A stretch of DNA of 64,000 nucleotides, taken from UHGV virus genome UHGV-0057547, one strand, 5' to 3'. A model generated the notes under the pieces. The model saw only the letters and a program-made list of their open reading frames with translations, did no database searches and had not been told where the DNA came from. Numbering within the stretch: position 1 is the first letter of the stretch; each line of letters begins with the position of its first letter. The position numbers and the translations under genes are program-made. This document shows positions 41,477-49,600 of the stretch, piece after piece. The DNA is from a virus.

Positions 41477-42978
41477 AAATTAGCTCCTTTTACTAAGTAA
41501 TTAGTATTAAAACTCATTGAATTGCTGGAACTTCCTAAAGCTAACTAAACTACAATATGGCTAGAAATGGCGAATATGAATGTGGCGAAAGCAGAAAAAA
41601 TTAGTTAGATATTCATATGGTTAAATCCTAAGTGAATATAAATGGATAATCAGCAGGTAAGTGCCTAAATTTATTTTATAAAATAATTGACTTTTAATAA
41701 GATAAAACGTATAATATAAGTAAAGAAAGGGGTTGAGATGATGAAAAAACATGATTATAAATTTATTAAAGAATATGTTGAAAGTTTTGGATATAAATTA
41801 TTATCAACAGAATATAAAAATGCTAATACTAAATTAAAAATAGAATGTCAAGAAGGACATATGTTTGAAAGAACATTTAGTAAGTTTAAACAAACTCAAA
41901 ATTGTCCATATTGCACTAATACTAGAAAATGGAATATTTTAGAAATAAAAGAGTATTTAAAAAACATAGGTTATACATTATTAAGTACAGAGTATAAAAA
42001 TAATCAAACCAAATTAGATATGATTTGTTCAGAGGGACATAAAATACAAATGACTTTAGGAAATATCCAACAAGGTAAAAGATGTCATATATGTTCAAGA
42101 AAAACAGCTTCAGAAAAAAGAAAACATGATTATGAATTCGTTAAGCAATATATTGAAAATGAAGGTTATAAATTATTATCCAAAACATATATAAATCAAG
42201 ATGAAAAATTAAAAATAAGATGTTCGAAAGGTCATATATTTTTAATGAGTTTTTGTAAATTTAAACAAGGTCAAAGATGTCCTCAATGTTGTAAAAATAA
42301 AAAAATGTCTCATAAAGAATTTTTAGAAAAATTCTATAATCAAAATTACAATACTGAAAATATAGAAATATTGAGTGAATATATAAATGCTAAGACGAAA
42401 ATAAAATGTAAATGTCTAAAAGACGGTTGTATTTGGTATGTTATACCTAATAGTTTACTAAACGGAACTGGTTGTCCTCAATGTAACGAATCTAAAGGAG
42501 AAAAAAGAGTTGCTAAATATTTAGATAGTAGAAATATAGAATATGAAAGACAATATAAATTTAATGATTGTAAAAGTAACAAAGAGTTACCTTTTGATTT
42601 TTATATACATAGTTTAAATATAGCTATAGAATATGATGGTGGACAACATTATATGATAGTAAACCATTTTGGAGGACTTAATGGATTTATAACTACTAAA
42701 ATACATGACACTATAAAAACACAATATTGCAAAAATAACAATATTCGTTTAATAAGAATACCATATTGGGATTTTGATAATATAGAAAATATACTAAGTC
42801 AATTATTAAATATAAATATGAATAAATAAGGCAAAACTTCAACGACTATATATACTAGTAGTCTAGTTAGTGGTGAGCATCCTTATGGGATGATGATATA
42901 GTCTACTCTCATGTGAAAGCATGAGCAGTTCATAAGAGAACGGTATAAGGTTTAACGAACTTTATATGAATATTAAGG
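41477..42978 (+). mobile_element. group I intron (family A) with homing endonuclease gene; TMP intron 6
   Basis: P 41520-41531. Q 41648-41657. Promoter TTGACT 41687-41692, 17-nt spacer, TATAAT 41710-41715. ORF 41738-42829. R 42837-42849. S about 42891-42903. Terminal hairpin TATAAGGTTTAACGAACTTTATA then GAATATTAAGG| at 42977-42978. Confidence 0.75.
41738..42829 (+). CDS. intron-encoded homing endonuclease (4 Zn-ribbon modules + Vsr-like nuclease)
   Basis: C-terminal block ELPFDFYIHSLNIAIEYDGGQHYM...RLIRIPYWDFDNIENILSQLL. Confidence 0.6.
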   Translation: MMKKHDYKFIKEYVESFGYKLLSTEYKNANTKLKIECQEGHMFERTFSKFKQTQNCPYCTNTRKWNILEIKEYLKNIGYTLLSTEYKNNQTKLDMICSEGHKIQMTLGNIQQGKRCHICSRKTASEKRKHDYEFVKQYIENEGYKLLSKTYINQDEKLKIRCSKGHIFLMSFCKFKQGQRCPQCCKNKKMSHKEFLEKFYNQNYNTENIEILSEYINAKTKIKCKCLKDGCIWYVIPNSLLNGTGCPQCNESKGEKRVAKYLDSRNIEYERQYKFNDCKSNKELPFDFYIHSLNIAIEYDGGQHYMIVNHFGGLNGFITTKIHDTIKTQYCKNNNIRLIRIPYWDFDNIENILSQLLNINMNK

Positions 42979-43379
42979 TGTTTACAGATATTGATGGAAA
43001 TATCAAAACTCTTCAAACAGCATTAATGGATTTTGCTAATACAAGTTCTGATTATTTTGGAGTTATGGGTGATTCATTAAAGAAAGAATTGTTAAATAAT
43101 CTTAATGTAGCATTAGAGACTATGAAAGAACTTCAAAAAATGTCAGATAATTATACTGCTCCTAATATAGATTATAGCAATACAGTACTTCCAAAAGATA
43201 GTGGTATTAATACTTCTCCACAAGTTTCTAGTAATGTTGAAACTAATAATATTACAATTGGAGATACTAATATTACAATTCAAGGTGGTGCAGATGATGT
43301 TACTTTAGGAAAAGTAGATGAAATGTTAAAAGATTACAAAGCAAGCATTTGTAAGGAAATTGTTAAAAATATGAAATAA
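42979..43379 (+). CDS. tape measure protein, exon 7 (C-terminus)
   Basis: Continues the frame from 42966 (junction DTG-V-FTDIDGNIK...) and ends at TAA 43377-43379. Confidence 0.5.
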
Positions 43380-43456
43380 ATTTACGAAGGAAGGGTTAAA
43401 ATATAACTCTTCCTTCTTATTTTATATATGTAAGATAAAAGAAAGGAGAAAGGAAT

Positions 43457-44164
43457 ATGGCAAAGCCTTATTATTTAAAATTTAAAATATGTAGTACTTG
43501 TAAAAATATATTACATATAAGTAAATTTAATAAAAATAAAAAATGTAAATATGGTGTGTCATCTCGATGCAGAGAGTGTGATAGAAAATATTATAAAAAA
43601 TACTATGGGAGTAATAAAGAAAAAATAATAGAAACAAATAAAGAATATTATAAAAACAATAAAGAAAAAATTTTAGAATACCATAAAGAATATTATGAAG
43701 ACAATAAAGAAAAAATCTATAAAAAAACAAGACAATATGCAATTGATAATAAAGAGAAAACTAATGAATATAAAAGAAAATATAAAAAAAATAATCCTAA
43801 TAAAACATTTAATAACAGTATAAAAAGAAGATTAAATGAAAAAACACAAGGTAATGGAATTACTAAAGAACAATGGTATGAAATGATGGGATTTTTTGAT
43901 TGGAAATGTGCTTATAGTGGAGAATACATAGGTGGAGATAATGATAATAGAACTATAGACCATATTGTACCTTTAAACAATGATGGAGAACATGAAATTT
44001 GGAATTGTGTACCTATGTATCAACCTTACAACAGTGGTAAACGTGATAGAAATATGTTAGAATGGTATTTAAAACAAGAATATTTCTCAATAGAAAAATT
44101 AACTAAAATATATGAATGGAGAATATATGCATATAATAAATGGGGTGATATAAATGGCAAGTAG
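43457..44164 (+). CDS. free-standing HNH endonuclease
   Basis: SD AAAGGAGAAAGG. HNH block CAYSGEYI...RTIDHIVPLNNDGEHEIWNCVPMYQPYNSGK. It is not inside an intron-like element and overlaps the next gene by 11 nt. Confidence 0.65.
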   Translation: MAKPYYLKFKICSTCKNILHISKFNKNKKCKYGVSSRCRECDRKYYKKYYGSNKEKIIETNKEYYKNNKEKILEYHKEYYEDNKEKIYKKTRQYAIDNKEKTNEYKRKYKKNNPNKTFNNSIKRRLNEKTQGNGITKEQWYEMMGFFDWKCAYSGEYIGGDNDNRTIDHIVPLNNDGEHEIWNCVPMYQPYNSGKRDRNMLEWYLKQEYFSIEKLTKIYEWRIYAYNKWGDINGK

Positions 44165-44936
44165 TTTTTGGAATGGTAGCTTTTATTTCAACAATGTATA
44201 TTCTGAAACTTTCAATGTTGTAATAATTGATTTTGATAGTTCGGATAGACTAAAACAAATAGGAAGTACAATTAATATAGAATTAAATGAAGAAAATACA
44301 CTTAATGGGAAAAAGAGTTATATTGAAGGAACTCGCACTTCTGAAAATATAGTCTTACAATTAATGAAAAAAGATGGTGACATATGGAGTGATGGAGATA
44401 TAATCAATGTATACAATTGGTTATTTCAAAAAGATTTTAAAAAATTCCAAACAGTAGATTATTCTAGTGGATATAATCTATGTTATTATTTGAAAGCAGT
44501 AAGTTTTTCAAAATTTTTAACTCCTGATTTTAGGGGTTATTTAGAAGTAGAATTTATGAGTTATGCTCCTTATTGTTATTCTATACCAACAAATAGGCTT
44601 AATTTGAAAGCTAGTGGTCAATCAGGTGTTTTATTTAATTATAGTAATCTATATGAAACATATAAGCCAAAAATTAATGTAACAGCCTCAAATAGTGATA
44701 GTATTAAAATATTAAATAATACAAATGGTACTTTTGTAGAATTAAGTGGATTAAACAGTGGAGAAATGGTTACAATAGATTGTGCTATGGGAACTGTAAT
44801 AAACAGTGGTGGAGCTAATAGATTTGAAACATTAAAAAATTATAATTTATTAGAATTAGATAAAGGAAATAACAATATAACACTTACTGGAAGTGCAAAT
44901 ATAGAATTTATTTGCGAATTTCCTGTAATTATATAG
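44154..44936 (+). CDS. distal tail protein (Dit)-like
   Basis: First gene after TMP. The 260-aa size and position are typical of siphovirus Dit. Confidence 0.45.
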   Translation: MASSFWNGSFYFNNVYSETFNVVIIDFDSSDRLKQIGSTINIELNEENTLNGKKSYIEGTRTSENIVLQLMKKDGDIWSDGDIINVYNWLFQKDFKKFQTVDYSSGYNLCYYLKAVSFSKFLTPDFRGYLEVEFMSYAPYCYSIPTNRLNLKASGQSGVLFNYSNLYETYKPKINVTASNSDSIKILNNTNGTFVELSGLNSGEMVTIDCAMGTVINSGGANRFETLKNYNLLELDKGNNNITLTGSANIEFICEFPVII

Positions 44937-44947
44937 TAGGTGATTAA

Positions 44948-46633
44948 ATGAAAATAAGAGGTGCTAAAGATTCATACAATTTAATATTAAGCAAAATGAA
45001 TGGAAAAAAATTAGGTATTATACCTTGTTCCATTATAGAAAGTATGCAAAAAGGTGTTAAAACTGTTAGTGAATTTACATTTTCAGTTAATAAATATTAT
45101 GGTGAAAATAATGAAATAAATCCCTTGTATGATGAACTTAAAACAGAAAGATTTATATTTTTAGATGAAGATGAATGTTATGTAATAAAAAATATAAGTG
45201 AAGAAAATGAGAAGAAAAAAACCATAACAGCTTATTCAAGAGAAAAAAAATTATTTAAAAATATAGCAGAATTTGAGGATATTACACTAACATTAAAAAC
45301 TCCATATGCTGATATAGAAGGTTGCTTTAGCTTAGATGAATTGTTATATGATGCAACTGGTTGGCATGTTGGATATGTAAGTCCTAAAGTTTTATATAAA
45401 TCAAAAGAAACAATATTAGACAATGTCACAGGTGAAATAATAGTAGAATTGACAAAAGAAGAAAAATTAAGATACCAAGAAAGTGTATCGTCAAATTGGT
45501 ATGATTTTATTAATGATGATATATCAGAACAATTTGAATGTTTTCCTGTATTTAATAGCTATGATAAAACAGTTGACTTATATGATGACGAAGAATTAGG
45601 TGATGACCCTAATTTAATATTATCTTATGATAATTATCTTAAGAGTATGGAAAAAGAAGATGACACAGAAGATATTACAACTGTATTAACATTATCAGGA
45701 AATGATGATTTAACTATAAGTGAAGTTAATCCTAGTGGTGATACTTATGTAGAAAATTTTTCATATTTTATAGAAAATGAAGAAATGAGTACTGAATTAA
45801 TAAATGCATTAAATAAATATTATCAAATGGTAAATGTAAGAGCAGTAACATGGAATCAATTGAGAACAGAAAAAGAAGAAAAAACTGCCACATTAACACA
45901 GAAGAAAAATAGATTATTAATAGTTTATGCACAAATGAAATCCATTGAGTTTACTATAGAACAAACTACTGATGAAAAATTTAAAGCTCAACAACAAGAA
46001 AGATTAGTAAAGCTAAATGATGAAAAAGTATTATTAGAAAAAGAAGTAACAGAATTAGATGAGAACATTAGAAATATAGATGCTTCAATAGATAATATAA
46101 ATAAATTATGTAAGAAAAAATATGCAACTGATGAAAATGGCGTATTGATATTTACCGAAAGTTTATTAAATGAATTAAAAGATTTTATATATCAAGATAC
46201 TTATAGCAATGATTCTATTACAGATGGTTTAACCTTAATGAGAATAGGTAAAAAACAATTAAAAGAAAGTTGTTATCCTACTAAAACTTGGACTATTGAT
46301 TCTGTTAATTTTATTGAAAAATTAATTGATAATGGTTTTAGACAACATTGGAATGGAGAATTAGGCTTAGGAGATATGATAGTATTAAAAGGTGAAACAA
46401 CTATTGAAGTTGTATATTTAATAAATTATACACAAAATTTTAAAGATAAAACAATTGAGTTACAATTATCTAATAAAAAAGATGAGAATACATTTTCACT
46501 ATCAATAGGTGAAAGATTAACACAAGGTAAAGAGGCTTATGAAATAGCTAAGAAAAGTAGAAGTACTATTAATAGAGTAAATAAGAATAGAGTAGGACTT
46601 AATTATGACAAGATTAATAAAAAAATTTTATAG
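44948..46633 (+). CDS. tail-associated protein (Tal-like; baseplate/tail tip)
   Basis: Position after Dit. 561 aa with an internal coiled-coil. Confidence 0.4.
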   Translation: MKIRGAKDSYNLILSKMNGKKLGIIPCSIIESMQKGVKTVSEFTFSVNKYYGENNEINPLYDELKTERFIFLDEDECYVIKNISEENEKKKTITAYSREKKLFKNIAEFEDITLTLKTPYADIEGCFSLDELLYDATGWHVGYVSPKVLYKSKETILDNVTGEIIVELTKEEKLRYQESVSSNWYDFINDDISEQFECFPVFNSYDKTVDLYDDEELGDDPNLILSYDNYLKSMEKEDDTEDITTVLTLSGNDDLTISEVNPSGDTYVENFSYFIENEEMSTELINALNKYYQMVNVRAVTWNQLRTEKEEKTATLTQKKNRLLIVYAQMKSIEFTIEQTTDEKFKAQQQERLVKLNDEKVLLEKEVTELDENIRNIDASIDNINKLCKKKYATDENGVLIFTESLLNELKDFIYQDTYSNDSITDGLTLMRIGKKQLKESCYPTKTWTIDSVNFIEKLIDNGFRQHWNGELGLGDMIVLKGETTIEVVYLINYTQNFKDKTIELQLSNKKDENTFSLSIGERLTQGKEAYEIAKKSRSTINRVNKNRVGLNYDKINKKIL

Positions 46634-46648
46634 GAAGGAGTTGGTTTA

Positions 46649-49600
46649 ATGTTATTACCTAACATTCCTGCAACGACATATATATCTTGGACTGGATTAG
46701 TAATAATTGATAAATCAGATAATACACCATACATAGTAAATGATGGTAAATCTTGTATGAAGTATATATATTGGGATATGAATGATAATCCATATGTTTT
46801 AAAAGAAAGCAATGAATGGATAAAAGAAACAGCAACTAAAAAAATGATATATATAAATGAAAATGGTATAGGAACACAAGTTCCCCATGACGATTATGAT
46901 ATTTATTATAATGATACTGGTAATGGAGCTTCTTCTAAATTAACAGGTGAAGCATTAGGTAAATATGATGAATTAAATGGAAAATATATGACAATAAAAG
47001 AAGATGTAGATGGAATTAAACAAGTATTAGGTTCTACTGAAAGTGGTTCAGGTTCTTTGGTCGAAAGAGTTAATAAAATAGAAAAAACAGCTGAAGAAAC
47101 TAAAGAAACAATATCTACTGTTGAAAAAAACTTTAGTAATAACAAAGAATTAGAAGAATTAAGAAATAATATAAATGTTTCAATGATAAATCTAGGTGAA
47201 ACATTGGCTCAATACGAAGAATTAATAACAAAAGTATCAGAAGATATGGAAATTTCATCTGATGAAAAAATAGACATATCAGCTATACAGAATCAATTAC
47301 TAGATGATTATACTGTTATGTCACAATATCATCAAGTTTTAATTGAGAGATTAAAGAATTCAGAGGAAGATAATACTGAGACAATAAATAATTTAAATAA
47401 AAATTTAGATGCATTAAATACTTCTATTAATAATTTAAACTCATTAGTTAATGATTCTATAAGTGATAACACAATAGTCCCTAGTGAAATTACTGTTATG
47501 TTAAATGCAATAGCTAATGTATCTGTAAAAAATACTCAATATAAAAATGCAGTATCAGATGCAATACTATTAGGTATAGGTGGTAAATTAGTAGAAAGTA
47601 TTTTAGACATAAGAAAAACTTCTAATAATTTTAGTCAAACAATATCTAAAATGGAAGAAGATATTGATGGTAAAACTGGTTTAAAAGTTTTAGTTCAAAA
47701 AAATGCTACTGCAATTAAACAAACTGCTGATAATTTAATTTTGAATTATGTTAAGTACAATCAAACCACTTCTCAATTAACTATTGGAGATAATGTAATT
47801 AAATTAGATGCTGGAAAAGTATTAATGACAGGAACATTAACTTGGGATAGCTTAGACGATTCAGCTAAAAAGAATTTAAAAGGTGAAGCAGGTTCTGCTC
47901 AATATGTAATGTTAGTTGGCGACCAAATATTTAAATATGATAAAGATGGAAATCCTAATGTTTCATCAATAACTTTAAATGTTCAAGTATCCAATATACA
48001 AAATCCTGTATTCGACTGGTATTATAGAGATGCTAAAGTAACTAATGAATGGACAAATATACCTAGCAATTCTAACTTAAGTTCATTTATATTAAAACAT
48101 GATGACCCAATATGGGGAAATAATTCAAATTCTATCACTATAAAAGTAGTATGTGGTGAATATACTGATGAAATGACTATTGTAAAATTGCATGATGGTG
48201 TAGTTGGTCAAGATGCTAAATCAGTATCAATTAATGGTAATCAATTATTTAGATATAAAGGTGGTTTTACAGAAACTCCAAATCCAACTTCAATTACATT
48301 AACAGCTACTAGAAATAATATATCTGCTGATAGAACTTCAAGATGGTATTATAGAGTTTCTGAAAATGATGATTGGACTGAAATAACTTCATCAAAAAAT
48401 GCAAATACTTTAATAGTAAATCATGATAGCTATTTTGGTGATTCAAAAATATTAATGATAAGATATGAGATAGACACTTATTATGATATTATGACATTAG
48501 CAAAAATTACTGATGGTTCAGATGGATATGCAGTGTTATTAACCAATGAAAATCATAGTGTTCCTTGTGATGAAAATGGTAACTATACATTTGAAGCTAT
48601 AAGTACTGCTTATACTTATGTAAAAGTTTATAAAGGATTATCTGAAATTACTTCATTTAACCTAGAGAGAATAGATGATGGTTGTACTTCTGTTTATAGT
48701 AGTGCAACAAGAAGATTAGATGTAACTTCATTATCTAAAAATATAGCTACTGTTACATTAAATATAACAGTAGATAAAAATACTTTCCAAAAAGTAATGA
48801 CTATAACTAAATCAATAAAAGGGGAAAAAGGTGAAGAGGGTACAGGTGTTAATATAATTGGTAAATTAGAAAATAAAGACCAATTACCTACAACTGGTAA
48901 ACCTGGAGATGCTTATGTTATAGACGGTTTATTATATGTTTGGTTAGAAGAAAATAATGGTTGGTCAGATGGAGTACCTTTTAGAGGAGAACAAGGTATA
49001 CCAGGTAAGAATGGTACTGACGGAAGAACTACTTATTTACATATAAAATACAGTAATGATGGCAAAACATTTACAAATAACAACGGAGAAGACACTGGAG
49101 ATTGGATAGGACAATATACAGATTATGTTGAAGCTGATTCAACTAATTTTGCTGATTATAAATGGAAAAAGATAAAAGGTGAAGATGGAGAAAAGGGTAT
49201 AGTTGCAAATTTAACTAATGACACTCACATAGTACCTATTGAACCTGATGGTACTTTTGGAGAAGACTCTTTTAAAGATTGTTCTGCTAAGATAACTTTA
49301 TCTTATGTTGGACAAGAATTAATTAATGGAGTTTCATATAGTGCTAAACCTAATAGTGATATAGAAGGTACTTTAGATACAAAAACAGGAACTTATACAG
49401 TTACAAATTGGACAGGTGAAGCAAAAGGTACTTATGTTGATTTAATAGCTACTTATGATGGAGTATCATATACAAAAAGATTTTCAATCAATAGAGCAAA
49501 AAATCCTTTAGATGCATATACTGTTGTATTAACAAATGAAGCACATGTTTTTCCTGGTGATATTTCTAATGCTTTAGCAAGTTTTACTACTTGTAATGTC

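Noticed and set aside
440-42980. Many copies of conserved 12-40 nt blocks (AATTGCTGGAAA, AATCAGCAGGTAAG, CTTCAACGACTAG, GATATAGTCT) separated by variable sequence. This could superficially look like a CRISPR array or a dispersed repeat family.
   Set aside because: Spacing is irregular (hundreds to over 1000 nt). The blocks occur in a fixed P-Q-R-S order that matches the group I ribozyme core. No direct-repeat/spacer periodicity and no cas genes.
864-43000. Possibility that the interruptions are inteins or group II introns.
   Set aside because: Interrupting segments contain stop codons in the host frame, their own promoters and separate ORFs, so they are not in-frame inteins. They are only 320-1540 nt and lack domain V or reverse transcriptase, so they are not group II introns. 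The canonical group I P/Q/R/S blocks are present in 13 of them.
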